Shown here: positions 54,322 to 64,000 of the stretch, one piece after another
How the letters are laid out: every line of letters starts with the position of its first letter
Numbering within the stretch: position 1 is the first letter of the stretch
Assembly: GCA_963823665.1 (NCBI GenBank)
Contig: CAWGMQ010000010.1
Location: 1,376,001-1,440,000, forward strand
DNA from: an uncultured Planctomycetota bacterium
Lineage (GTDB): Bacteria > Planctomycetota > Planctomycetia > Isosphaerales > Isosphaeraceae
Reading direction: 5' to 3'
DNA length: 64,000 bases
Position numbers and translations under genes: made by a program
The notes under the pieces: generated by a model
What the model was told of the DNA's origin: nothing
What the model saw: only the letters and a program-made list of their open reading frames with translations
Databases searched by the model: none

Positions 54322-56100
54322 GCGAGCCCCCGGTCGCGGACGCTCGGGATCAGTTGCGAGCGCCTCGACACCACTCGATGCTGATCCGAACATCGACTTC
54401 GGACCGTTCCGTGCTGCGCAGCTAGCAGACTACCAAGGCACTCCGGAGCGCCATCTGTACTACTACTTACTTCACGTCGATGAACACTCCGAGGTATTGC
54501 CAAGGGCGTTCGACCTGGCGATCACCCGGCTGAGGCAAGCAGATCAACTCGCTAAAGAACTGCCTGACGAACTGAATCTCCGGCCTGGATGACTTGAGCC
54601 AAGGCTTGCAGGCAATGCGGGCTTCGTGGCTCGACCAGCGGGCCCAACTATCGGCAGCCCTGAGAGATTTGACCAGAGAGAAATGCGAGTACCTGCTCAA
54701 ACAATTCGCCCCGACGGCCTTGCTGGACGGCTGCTGGCTGCAGAATTTCTCTTCTGCCGCAACGTCGCACAAGGAACTGACTGCAGGGATGCTCAAGCTC
54801 TATTCTTATGAGGTCGGCGACGGCTATCCCGCTCAACATCACGGCAACACCTATCGCGATCTCGTGCACAGCATGGGGATCTACCTGCCGGAAGCAGGGT
54901 CGTTCTATTTCATCGAGCAGCGCGACGTGATCGACGCCTCGTTCAGTTATCCGGTGTTCCTCCTGTCTATCTCGCAATTTCCCCGATCGTTCACGCCTGA
55001 AATCCTGGGCTTGAGTCTGTTTTATTACGTCTGCGGAATCTGCCAGCTCTACCTCGCGCTGCGCGACCGGCTCGAGCAGTTCGGAGCAGGTATCAGATTC
55101 TTGAACATACATTTGATGGGCACATCCATTGAGGGGCGGGCCGAAACGGCCATCCGGATGGTCAGACACTACATGGAGAGGGCCGCCGACCATGCCGCCG
55201 GCGACATTGATCGATACTGAGGTCGAGTCCGGCGTGGCTTCGTCGCGGCTTTTCGGGCGTCGCGGGAGGGGCTGGACCGAGGTGTTCGGTTCGCTCGCTC
55301 ATCCCCGAAAAGCCAGCGTGAAAAAATGATCGAGCCGATCGCTCGAAAAGCACATCATGCCAGCGGCTATCACGCGGCAACGATGATGCATGGCAAGAGC
55401 ATCGATGATTGGTTGAATCCTGACGACCTGGATCCGGAGCAGTTTCTGGCTGCTTTTGCCCGGTCGCGCTATGTCAAGCCAGGCGACTCGAAGGGGAGTC
55501 TTTTACTCTCCGAGCTCACCGCGTTCGGCGGATCGACGTTTCGAGTCTTCCCGCCCGATGAGCTGCAAGTGATCGCCGACTGGTTCGACAGTCTTCCACG
55601 AACATTTCCCCGACGTTCGGCCTTTCGCAGAGCACTTCGCGTTACGTTGGCTTGACCGGGCGGGTACACGGCTGAGGCATGGCGTTCGGCCGATCCCATT
55701 TGAGCCCTACGAGCATCAAGCCCTGGACTCGTGGCTCGATGCGCAGCACAGGCGGCAGGTTGGCTCATACAAAAAGCACACAGGCGAGCCGCTCCAGATG
55801 CGGGAGCAGGTTATTGAAGCCACGGTCCAGGCGGCTCCCATGATTCTCATCGACGGGGCTTGGGTTCAGAACGCGGGCAACGCGAGCACGAGCCACAGCC
55901 AGGTCGGGAGCAAACTGTTTCACATCTACGTTGACGAGGTCGGCAACGGCGAGGTAAAGCTCAACCACCGCAACGTCCATCGCGAGCTTCTGGCACAGAT
56001 GCAGGTTGAGCTGCCCGAGTTCGGAACGCTGGAATTCAGTCGATGGCCGGGCTTTCGCCCTCAAGCGTTCCAGGTTCCGGTATTCTGGCTCTGCATCTCC
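54318..56100 (+). pseudogene. Disrupted iron-containing redox enzyme (tandem heme-oxygenase-like diiron domains)
   Basis: Two copies of AP..L.DG.W.QN...L...Y..EVG.G....H.N..R.L; in-frame TGA at 55218, frameshifts, and a second domain truncated near 56100. Confidence 0.7.
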
Positions 56101-56613
56101 CCCAGCGAGAAGCTCTGGACCGCTTTAAGTCCGGCGCCGCCGGCCCTGACCTTGCCGGACTCAGTTGACGTCGATGCGTTCGCACTGCGAGTCCGCCGGG
56201 CTTTATTCGACCCAGTTTCGCCATCGATCTTATCCCCGCGGCGCCGCCAAGACAACCACCATGCGGCAGTCAGCTAGTAGGGGTCATCGAGCACGTATGA
56301 CGCGAATCGGTCCTGCAAGAAATTGCCGCGCCAGTGCTCGCGCAGGATTGACGATGGCCAGTGGCTGGGGCGGAGGACAGGGCTTCGTGGCGAGGAGACC
56401 TGAGCGCCGTCGCAGGGACCAAGACCGAAGAAGGGCGGCAGGAAGCCGCCCCGCATTCCACCTTCGGGATTGGTATCAAAGCGCTCAATCGTTTTTGCTC
56501 GTTTTTTGTTCAACCACTAGCTAACGCCGCAAACCGGAAACTCCGTTTCACGCTGAATCATTACAGTCCCGCGTCGGGTCTGAGTGCTCGCAAATCATTA
56601 CTCGCTTGGCGAT

Positions 56614-56687
56614 TGGGCGCACGAGGATTCGAACCTCGGACCTCACCCTTATCAGGGGTGCGCTCTAGCCACCTGAGCTATGCGCCC
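56614..56687 (-). tRNA. trnI: tRNA-Ile (GAT)
   Basis: GGGCGCATAGCTCAGGTGGCTAGAGCGCACCCCT-GAT-AAGGGTGAGGTCCGAGGTTCGAATCCTCGTGCGCCCA; folds as a cloverleaf; 3' CCA tail not encoded. Confidence 0.96.
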
Positions 56688-56940
56688 TTACAAATCCAGC
56701 CGCGGCTTAAACCGTTCCAAGATTGGCTGTTGCGGAAAGTCCGATTTGCGGAATCAACCACAGCAAACGGTGATCAGCGCGACTGAGACATATGGTATTT
56801 GAAGCACGCACGCGATGCAACCCCTAGCAACCACTCAGCTCGAAAGCAATTCGATCATCTGAATCGTCGAAGAGTGGCGACGTTCGCCAGTTCAGCTCTC
56901 AGGAACTTTCTCTCCTCCTTGCTGAGTCCGGTGTTTATCG

Positions 56941-57564
56941 GTGGACAAGGATGCCATCCCCGAGCTGAACGCACTCCTGAGTGACCCCGACCCGTTCGTG
57001 CGATTCGAAGCCGCTGGCACCCTGGGTTGGCTCGGTCCGGCGGCCAGCGACACGATCCCCACCCTGGTCAAGCTCCTGGACTCCGATGTGCACGTGAAAA
57101 GCACCGCCGCTGGCGCTCTGGGCCGGCTGGGATCGGTGGCCGACGACGCGGTTCCCTCGCTGATCAAGCTGCTGAGCGACCGCGAGCCAAACGTGCGATG
57201 GGAAGCCGTCCGGGCACTGAGCCGGATCGGACCGGCGGCCAAGACCGCCATCCCCGCCCTGGTCAAGCTCCTGAATGGCTCCGATGCGTCAATGCGATTC
57301 TTCGTCGCCACACTCCTGGGCCGGCTTGGACCTGCGGCCAACGCGGCCGTTCCCGAGCTGATCAAGCTGCTGAGCGACCCCGAGCCAGGCGTGAGACGGG
57401 CCGCCGCGGAAGTGCTGGGCGAGATCGGGCCCGCCGCCTAGGCCGCCATCCCCGCGTTGGTCAAGCTCCAGAACGACCCGAATCCGTACGTGCAATCCGT
57501 TGTCCCAGACGCGCTGCAACGGATTCGACAGGAAGGCGCGCCCGCTGGCTCCGGCCGGAACTAG
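56941..57564 (+). pseudogene. HEAT/PBS-lyase repeat protein fragment with internal TAG at 57439
   Basis: Repeats of AIP.L.KLL.D....VR..AA..LG.LGPAA; the repeat pattern continues past the TAG (AAIPALVKLQNDP..). Confidence 0.75.
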
Positions 57565-57678
57565 CCGAACGCTCGATCGGTGCTCCTGGCGCTCGATCAT
57601 CTGCGGGATTTCGCCGGCGTCCACGTCGATGAAGAACGCTCGCACCGATGTGCCTGGTGGTCCTGGTCGCTGGTCTGG

Positions 57679-58733
57679 TTACGCTAGACCATTCTCATAC
57701 CGCTGCACGATCCGCCTCGCCCGCTCACAGACAGCGTACCTCAACTCCTCGGGCTCGATCACTTCTACGCCGTCACCGAAGCTGAGCACCCACGGGACGA
57801 TCTGTTCCACGGTTTCCACGGTCATGACCAGCTCGATCGTTCCGTCAGGCTCCGGCGGCATCATCTCCGCGCTTTTGCCGGGTATGTCGCGGATCAATGG
57901 TGCGACTCGGGCATCGAATCGCAGGCGGACTGCCGTCCAGTCATCGCCCTGCGGCGGCCTTGATTCCTCGAGGAACTTCTCGAGGCGAAACCTTGGTGGA
58001 ATCGCATAGTCCTCGCCGGTCGCCCGCGCCGACTCGATCGACGTCAGCCAGTAAAGCCGCACGCGCAGGTCGAGCGAGGAATGGCCGACAAGGGCCCACT
58101 GGCCCTGGAGCATCACAAGCTGGTGTAGCTCGAAGAACGTCGTCGAAACCGGCCCCGCGGCGCGCTCGCGATACTGAAGCCGGAGACGCTGCCGGTGTAA
58201 TAGCGCGATGACGATCGTCTCGTAAATCGCGTGCAGTTCCTTGGAGATCACCGTGGCCGGTTCGGCCGCCGGCAGCAGCTCGCCCATGTCGGCAACGCGG
58301 TCGCGCAGGCCATGGGGAAGAGCGTGAAGGACCTTGGAAAGGGCCTCGCGCCCGGCAGCACTGCGCCGAACGGATCGGGAATGCTCCCCACGCGGCTCAT
58401 GATCAACAGCGCAAGCGCCTCGCGGTCGTCGAGTTGCGGCGGCTGGAGCAGGCAGTCGTCGCGAATCTCATATCCGTGGCGATCAGACACGTATACCAGA
58501 GAAAGCCCCGCGGTCTCCATTGTCGCCAGGTCGCGATAAATCGTGCGCCGGCTGACCCCGCACGCGTCCGCCAGCCGCTGCACGTTCGGAAACCGCTCCG
58601 ATTGCAGGATCATCACCTCCTGGAGCAGCCGCGCCAGCGGTAGCCGCAATCGTGGCGATTGGGCGCCAAAACTCACCGCGCCATTATGAAAGCCATTTTC
58701 CACGCAGACATCCGACTGCATGACTGCACTCAT
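57679..58733 (-). CDS. HTH + WYL/WCX domain transcriptional regulator (PafB/C-like), frameshift near 58300
   Basis: LADACGVSRRTIYRDLATME; LRLQY..WALVGHS..VRLYWLTSI; WVLSFGDGVEVIEPEELR; start uncertain. Confidence 0.85.
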
Positions 58734-58899
58734 GTATCGATAGACGAGCGATCTCGCGAGCGCCGACGCCCGCTGATCACGGTAAGACATTTTTGGGGAG
58801 AGTGAGAACTCGGCGACGTGAGTTTTGTCGAAATACCTGATTGGGACGGGAATAACGGGGATACGGCTTGGCGTTCGGCGGCGAGGCTATGCGAGCCAG

Positions 58900-58928
58900 T
58901 TGACATGGCCGATATCGTGCGTTATCGT
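58900..58928 (+). promoter_or_regulatory. Sigma70-type promoter of tRNA-Phe (TTGACA-N17-TATCGT)
   Basis: Consensus -35 with 17-nt spacer, about 20 nt upstream of the tRNA. Confidence 0.65.
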
Positions 58929-58949
58929 CACATACGTACATGAATGTCG

Positions 58950-59022
58950 GGGCAGATAGCTCAGTTGGTAGAGCACAGGACTGAAAATCCTGGTGTCGTG
59001 AGTTCAATTCTCACTCTGCCCA
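58950..59022 (+). tRNA. trnF: tRNA-Phe (GAA)
   Basis: GGGCAGATAGCTCAGTTGGTAGAGCACAGGACT-GAA-AATCCTGGTGTCGTGAGTTCAATTCTCACTCTGCCCA. Confidence 0.96.
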
Positions 59023-59082
59023 TTTGGTCCGATCGAACGGGACGCTGAACTTCCCGCACGTGGCATTACCGGTCTTGCCGGA

Positions 59083-59793
59083 GTGAAGCCGCGTCAAGGT
59101 GCCGAGCTCGCCAGTCCTAGGGGATCATCTCGAGTTAGCGAAGCGCTTCTCATCCGGGTACAGCGGTACGCTGCCGAGTTGGACAAGCCGATCACAAGAC
59201 GAGCGCGAACCGTGAGGGGGCGCACGAACCGCATTCGAAGGAATCGTCTCAATCAGCTTCGAGCCGCGGCCAGACTGCGTCGAATTGAAGGCGTCCTTGC
59301 TGTCGGCAACTGGCTTTATGGGGCGGTGAGCCTTGTGGAAGGAAACTGGCGACGGGAAGTTATTGAAGGTAACACGATTTACGACCCCGACGAAGAGACG
59401 TCGATCATGGACTTCTTCCGTGAGTGGTCGGCCCCGTGCGATCGCTGTCTGAAGGAGATCAACCTCGTCAGTGCGAAGCGTCTGCGGGTCGAGGGCGCGG
59501 ATCGTTTCAAGAGCAATCGCGTGCAAGCTAGGGCGATACTCGCGGGAAACAGCCCGTTCTTTGATGACCCAAAGAATGCCGCGCGATGGGCGAGAGTAAC
59601 AGGATTTCTTCACCCTGATGTTCGCCCCGTTCGTGTCGACGAGGATGGGCACATTTTCGAGGTTTCGGGCGAACAATTCCACATGCCCGGACTTGAGCCA
59701 GCTAACATTCTAGAGGCCTTCGACGACGAACGCGCCGGCCGACTTCATTCGTTCGAGGAAGTTGTCCGCTCGCTCGATCAGCATGAAATATGA
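59083..59793 (+). CDS. Hypothetical protein, possibly antitoxin-like
   Basis: 236 aa ORF of ordinary composition; C-terminus ILEAFDDERAGRLHSFEEV; overlaps a downstream MKYELEFTE start; start uncertain. Confidence 0.55.
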   Translation: MKPRQGAELASPRGSSRVSEALLIRVQRYAAELDKPITRRARTVRGRTNRIRRNRLNQLRAAARLRRIEGVLAVGNWLYGAVSLVEGNWRREVIEGNTIYDPDEETSIMDFFREWSAPCDRCLKEINLVSAKRLRVEGADRFKSNRVQARAILAGNSPFFDDPKNAARWARVTGFLHPDVRPVRVDEDGHIFEVSGEQFHMPGLEPANILEAFDDERAGRLHSFEEVVRSLDQHEI

Positions 59794-60156
59794 GCTTGAA
59801 TTCACGGAATGGTGGTGCTCGCAAGTCGCGATTTGCCGCGGGCTACGTCTTCCCGGTTCGCCCGAACGCATGCGCTCGAGCTCGTGGCTGCCAGGCTCTC
59901 GCCTCCCCGCGAAGTCCCTCCAAGTCGGCTCCGCCTGTTGGTTATTGCCCGGCTTGAACCGATCGGCGGAGTTCGAGCTGGCGTTCGATGCTCGGGCCGA
60001 GTTCGGCCTTTCCCGATTTTCGGCCTCCCCTGGGACTGGACGAGTTGGATCCGGGCGAGCTGGTCTCCGCCGGCCGTATGCCAGCCCGGTCTCCGGGCGT
60101 TACAATCCTGTGAGGATACCGCAATGAACGGTTGATGTCGTTCGGAGGGAAGACCG

Positions 60157-60483
60157 ATGCCGCCGATTCGTTTCCGAATCCGGACGGTCATGATCGTCGT
60201 CGCATCGCTGGCCGTGGGGATGGCCATGGTGAAGGCTCTGAGGGGGCCTTTCTTCGAAAACATGGTGATGTTCACGGCAGCGGTCGTTTTTCTCGCGGCC
60301 GCAACGGTCGTTTTTCTCGTCTCCGTGATCGTTTTTCTCGTCGCTGTTGTCCGTGATCTCTGCGCTTTCGCGGCTCATTTCTGGCGTTGCCGAACGAGAC
60401 TGTTGAAATTTCCAACGCATGTGAATAGTTCGTTCCGGGGACGAGAACCCGGCCGGAGCCGGGGGCCGGACGGAGTGCAGTAG
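60157..60483 (+). CDS. Small membrane protein, RFRIRT-motif family member 1
   Basis: GGAGG SD; MPPIRFRIRTVMIVVA + TMs; internal triple repeat TCGTTTTTCTCG (60284, 60308, 60329). Confidence 0.65.
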   Translation: MPPIRFRIRTVMIVVASLAVGMAMVKALRGPFFENMVMFTAAVVFLAAATVVFLVSVIVFLVAVVRDLCAFAAHFWRCRTRLLKFPTHVNSSFRGREPGRSRGPDGVQ

Positions 60484-60492
60484 AAGGGGCCG

Positions 60493-60738
60493 ATGATGCC
60501 GCTGATTCGATACCGGATCCAGACGATCATGAAGGTGATCGCGTCCGTGGCCGTTCTCGTGGCTCTCCTCCGATTGGCGGTTGAGGCTGACGACACGCTC
60601 ATCCTTGCCTCGATCATCGTTCTAACCGGCCCGCTCGTGCTCTATGGTTGGTTTTTCCGCACACCGCAGCGGCAACTCACGATATCCCGATCGCGGATTC
60701 AAGAAGCCGGCGAAAGCGGGGAGCCGAAGAGTCTGTAG
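60493..60738 (+). CDS. Small membrane protein, RFRIRT-motif family member 2
   Basis: MMPLIRYRIQTIMKVIA + two TMs. Confidence 0.65.
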   Translation: MMPLIRYRIQTIMKVIASVAVLVALLRLAVEADDTLILASIIVLTGPLVLYGWFFRTPQRQLTISRSRIQEAGESGEPKSL

Positions 60739-60742
60739 TTGG

Positions 60743-60988
60743 TCACTTCTTCTGATCGACCGGAGACCCCATGTCCTGCCATTTCTCCGCGTCCGGACTA
60801 ACCCAGCAGCGTCCGGTGGTCGAATCGATGACGACCACGCCCCCGGCAAACGCCGACGCCTGGTATCGACCTGGCGTCATCGAGTGCGCCGGTTGTCCTT
60901 GACCGGATGTGGGACGAGTCAGCAATAGGCCGACCACGATGGCGAGCACCAGCAAGCATCCGAATGTCAGAACAGAAGTTCGACGCAT
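60743..60988 (-). CDS. Small secreted hypothetical protein
   Basis: GGAG SD; signal peptide; PGRYQ..VVVIDSTTGRCW. Confidence 0.65.
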   Translation of the reverse strand: MRRTSVLTFGCLLVLAIVVGLLLTRPTSGQGQPAHSMTPGRYQASAFAGGVVVIDSTTGRCWVSPDAEKWQDMGSPVDQKK

Positions 60989-61271
60989 CGTATCATCTCC
61001 CCCAGCGGACAGGCGATGGAATTGCGATTCTGACGCCTTGCCTGGAGTCAGGTCCTTGTCTCAGGCTGTGGCGTAGCGGCCGGCATTATGGTCGAGGCCG
61101 AACTGTGGTCAAGACCAACGGTCATCCCAGCCGATGCCAGGCCACCACCCGCTCGATCGGATCAAGCCGGCGCTGGTCGCGGTCGATCGTATGCCGGGCA
61201 GGCCATTGGTTGTTACAATGCTTCATGTGAGTGGGCGGGACATGCCGTTTACGTCGCGGGGCACGGGACTG

Positions 61272-61550
61272 ATGTCGCGTATTCGCTTCCGAATCCGCAC
61301 GATCATGATCGCAATCGCGGTGGTGGCCGTGCTGATGGGCTTCCTCCGCTTGCCGGATGAAGTGCGAGCCGGTGTCGAATTGATCCTCTTCCTTGCCGTG
61401 ATCGTCGGTGTATTTGCGGAGTTCGTGGTTTTCTCGACATATTTGTGGCCGGGCACAAGGCCGCATGGCCGTCATTTGAGAAGGATCAAGTATCACCCCG
61501 GGATGACGCAAGCTCAACCGAAGCGGGGAGTCCGCGAGAGTGTTGGTTAA
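61272..61550 (+). CDS. Small membrane protein, RFRIRT-motif family member 3
   Basis: MSRIRFRIRTIMIAIAVVA + two TMs; TAATG overlap with the next gene. Confidence 0.65.
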   Translation: MSRIRFRIRTIMIAIAVVAVLMGFLRLPDEVRAGVELILFLAVIVGVFAEFVVFSTYLWPGTRPHGRHLRRIKYHPGMTQAQPKRGVRESVG

Positions 61551-62197
61551 TGGGCGGCCAAAGCGTGCGAGGCTATCTGCGGTTCAGCGTGCGTGGGATG
61601 CTCATCGTCGTGCTGGTCATCGGCGCATGGCTCGGCTGGATCGCGAGAAACGCACGGATTCAGCGAGAGGCGGTGAGGGCGATCAAGCAGGCGGGTGGCG
61701 ATGTCCTTTACGATTTCCGATGGAAAAGCGGTCAATCGATCCAGGGAGGAAAACCGTTCGGCCCGAAGTGGTTGGTTGACCTGCTCGGTGTTGATCATTT
61801 CTGTGAGGTGACATGGGTGAGCTTCGTTCGTTCGCCGTGTTCCGACGACGAGTTGAAACAAATCGGCCGCCTGAAACGCCTCGAGACTCTTATTCTTATC
61901 GGGTCCAAAATGACCGATGACGGCTTGGACAATCTCGAAGTGCTCGCGGAGCTACGACTCCTCGAGCTTCACTCAGCCCGCATCACCGACGCTGGCTTCG
62001 CGCGTCTGAGGGGTCTGGCCAAACTCACGGACCTGGACATCTCCGACTGCGACGTTTCCGACAAAGGGCTCGAGAGTCTGAGCGGTTTGACGAGCCTCCG
62101 CTCGATTGGTATCCGGCGGACGAGGATCACGGGCTCCGGGTTCGAACGCCTCCAGCGCGATCTGCCGCGGGTCAGGTTGGCGGACATTCACCCTTAG
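61550..62197 (+). CDS. Membrane-anchored leucine-rich repeat protein
   Basis: LRFSVRGMLIVVLVIGAWLGW..QREAV.AI..AGG.V.YD; LRR units L..L.L....ITDAG...L. Confidence 0.85.
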   Translation: MGGQSVRGYLRFSVRGMLIVVLVIGAWLGWIARNARIQREAVRAIKQAGGDVLYDFRWKSGQSIQGGKPFGPKWLVDLLGVDHFCEVTWVSFVRSPCSDDELKQIGRLKRLETLILIGSKMTDDGLDNLEVLAELRLLELHSARITDAGFARLRGLAKLTDLDISDCDVSDKGLESLSGLTSLRSIGIRRTRITGSGFERLQRDLPRVRLADIHP

Positions 62198-62223
62198 GGT
62201 CCACGACTGCACCGGAGCAATTG

Positions 62224-62523
62224 ATGCCACCGATGCGCTTCCGAACTCGGTCGCTGATCCTCGCGGTCGCCGCGCTCGCCATCCCGGCGGCGTTCTTCCG
62301 TCCGGATTCGTACAACGATCCGCCCTTCCTGAGCGTCGCGTATTGTGCAATCATCGTCGCTGGACTCGTGCAATTGTTGATTTATGCAATCAGCCTTGTT
62401 CAAATCACGGATGCCGAGGACTCCATTCCCGGAACGGGTGGATCGTCACATTCGGAAACCAGACTCGGAGCAGGGCAGGAGGGCGCAGAAGATTCAGGTC
62501 AAGACGGAGCTGAGCGTCGATGA
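62224..62523 (+). CDS. Small membrane protein, RFRxR-motif family member 4
   Basis: GGAG SD; MPPMRFRTRSLILAVAALA + TMs. Confidence 0.6.
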   Translation: MPPMRFRTRSLILAVAALAIPAAFFRPDSYNDPPFLSVAYCAIIVAGLVQLLIYAISLVQITDAEDSIPGTGGSSHSETRLGAGQEGAEDSGQDGAERR

Positions 62524-62683
62524 AATCCTGTCCGACGACGTTGCAGAGATTCCAGTTCAACACGGCTCACAATTCGTTCGTTCAATCGCTAGAATGATGC
62601 GGGTCGTGCGCAAGCGGCGAAAGCGCGGTGCGGGTTGGAACAAGTGCCCTGAAGACGGTCTCTCGCAACGCTTTGGAGGCGAT

Positions 62684-63436
62684 ATGAGCTCGGTAACGAC
62701 CCCACAATCCATCGAGCCTTCCGGATCCGCCGACATTTCGCCCCGACCCATCCCCAGCTTGGACGAGCTTTACGCGCTGACGTCCGAGCCCGATCATCGT
62801 GCCGTCATCCGTGGTGTCGACTGGGCCTTCTATGAGCAGCTCGTTGACTCGATCCCGGAGGGCACTCATCTCCGGATCGATTTCGATGGAAAGGATGTCG
62901 AGATCATGGCCCCGAGCCCGCTTCACGATGGAGACAAGAAGCTATTTGGCCAACTGGTTGAGGCGATTGCTCAAGAACTGGAGATCCCATACAATAGCGC
63001 TGGTTCGACCACATGGAAACGGCTTGAGGTCGCCCGCGGGTTGGAATCCGACGAATGCTACTTTTTCGACCTCCGCAAGCTGGCAGCGATCGCCGGAGCC
63101 AGGGCGAGACGATCGAAGAAAATCACCGATTATCCCAATCCCGATCTTGGCATCGAGGTCGACATCACTCCGTCAAAGATCGATCGGCCCGGCATCTACG
63201 CCGCTCTGAAGGTGTCCGAGGTTTGGCGGTTCGACGGCGAAGGCGATGAGGTCATCATCGAGAGGCTGGGTGAGGACGGTTCCTTTCACGCTGTCGACAG
63301 CAGCATGTTCCTGCCGATTCGCGACACGGAGATCCGACGATGGGTGGTTGACGAGGACTCGAGCGACCAGTCGGCCTGGGCTCGCCGGCTCCGGGCGTGG
63401 GTTCGAGCCGAGTTGGCTCCCCGTTTGTCACGGTGA
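62684..63436 (+). CDS. Uma2 (DUF820) family endonuclease
   Basis: GGAGG SD; GVDWAFYEQL..EIMAPSPLH..GSTTW..GLESDECYF..PDLGIEVDIT..YAALKVSEVWRFDG. Confidence 0.9.
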   Translation: MSSVTTPQSIEPSGSADISPRPIPSLDELYALTSEPDHRAVIRGVDWAFYEQLVDSIPEGTHLRIDFDGKDVEIMAPSPLHDGDKKLFGQLVEAIAQELEIPYNSAGSTTWKRLEVARGLESDECYFFDLRKLAAIAGARARRSKKITDYPNPDLGIEVDITPSKIDRPGIYAALKVSEVWRFDGEGDEVIIERLGEDGSFHAVDSSMFLPIRDTEIRRWVVDEDSSDQSAWARRLRAWVRAELAPRLSR

Positions 63437-63510
63437 TCGGCGATCGCTACACGCCTCGTTTACGGAGATGAACGAGTTCGAGACGGTACCTGCCCTGGAG
63501 ACTGGCCACC

Positions 63511-64000
63511 ATGCGGGCCAAGCCCGTCTTGCGTCCCTGCCGAAGATTCATGCGGTTCAGCGTGCGGGGGCTGATCGTCCTTGTGCTCTTGATCGGCGCC
63601 TGGGTCGGCTCGATCGTGCGAAGTGCCCGCATCCAGCGCGAGGCGGTGGCAGCGATTCAGAAGGAGGGTAATGGCGTCGCATACAACTGGGAGTGGAGCA
63701 ATGGGAGTTTCGTCGTACCGCGCGGACGACCCTGGGTTCCACGCCGGCTGGTCGATCTTCTGGGGATCGACTACTTCGGCCACGTCACTTCTGTCTGGCT
63801 TCGAGATACCACCGATTTGGCGATTGCGAACGTCTCGCGTCTCGATCGCCTCGAGCAACTGAAAATCAATACGCTTGCCAGGACCGGCGCCCGGGCCAAC
63901 ATCGACGACTATCTGGCACAGCTAAGCGGCCTGACTGAGCTCACCGAGCTCGATCTCGGATTCGCGGCGGTCACCGATGCGGGGCTCGCTCATCTGAAAG
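63511..64000 (+). CDS. Membrane-anchored LRR protein (paralog of 61550), runs off the window end
   Basis: Not in the ORF track because it has no stop in the window: MRAKP..MRFSVRGLIVLVLLIGAW..QREAVAAI..LVDLLGIDYFGHV..LTELDLGFAAVTDAGLAHL. Confidence 0.85.
   Translation, partial: MRAKPVLRPCRRFMRFSVRGLIVLVLLIGAWVGSIVRSARIQREAVAAIQKEGNGVAYNWEWSNGSFVVPRGRPWVPRRLVDLLGIDYFGHVTSVWLRDTTDLAIANVSRLDRLEQLKINTLARTGARANIDDYLAQLSGLTELTELDLGFAAVTDAGLAHLK

Noticed and set aside
55218..57441. Stop-codon reassignment (TGA=Trp at 55218, TAG read-through at 57439)
   Set aside because: TGA and TAG terminate many intact genes in this window, and both cases lie in otherwise damaged genes
60157..62523. Integron cassette array
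   Set aside because: No attC-like inverted repeats recognised between the genes, some genes overlap directly, and there is no integrase in the window

Overview
High-GC bacterial window, most likely a planctomycete (Isosphaeraceae-like; inferred from gene families such as ASPIC/UnbV propellers, giant TPR/DUF1583-like proteins, PEP-CTERM and MoxR/VWA). It has many single-base frameshifts, including in complex I genes, which suggests an unpolished long-read assembly. Left part (295-27240, minus strand): three tandem CRTAC1/ASPIC-UnbV FG-GAP proteins and two paralogous giant secreted TPR proteins. One is about 4000 aa once about 8 frameshifts are bridged, the other 2285 aa, with a small toxin-antitoxin pair between them. 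An Rpn-like remnant with a duplicated C-terminal cassette follows, then a divergent MoxR-DUF58-VWA-VWA-coiled-coil operon (28548-36767). Middle: two duplicated SGNH+TPR genes, one carrying an in-frame palindromic element, plus a PEP-CTERM gene, a HEPN-like gene and an unusual complex I operon (fused nuoBCD, I, small ORF, A, H, J, K, N; no E/F/G/L/M). Right part: a response regulator, a decayed tandem heme-oxygenase-like diiron enzyme, tRNA-Ile(GAT), a HEAT pseudogene, a WYL regulator, tRNA-Phe(GAA), a TA-like remnant, an array of small membrane/LRR genes sharing an N-terminal 'RFxxR' motif, and a Uma2 endonuclease. All family calls are by-eye motif recognition; no database searches were run.
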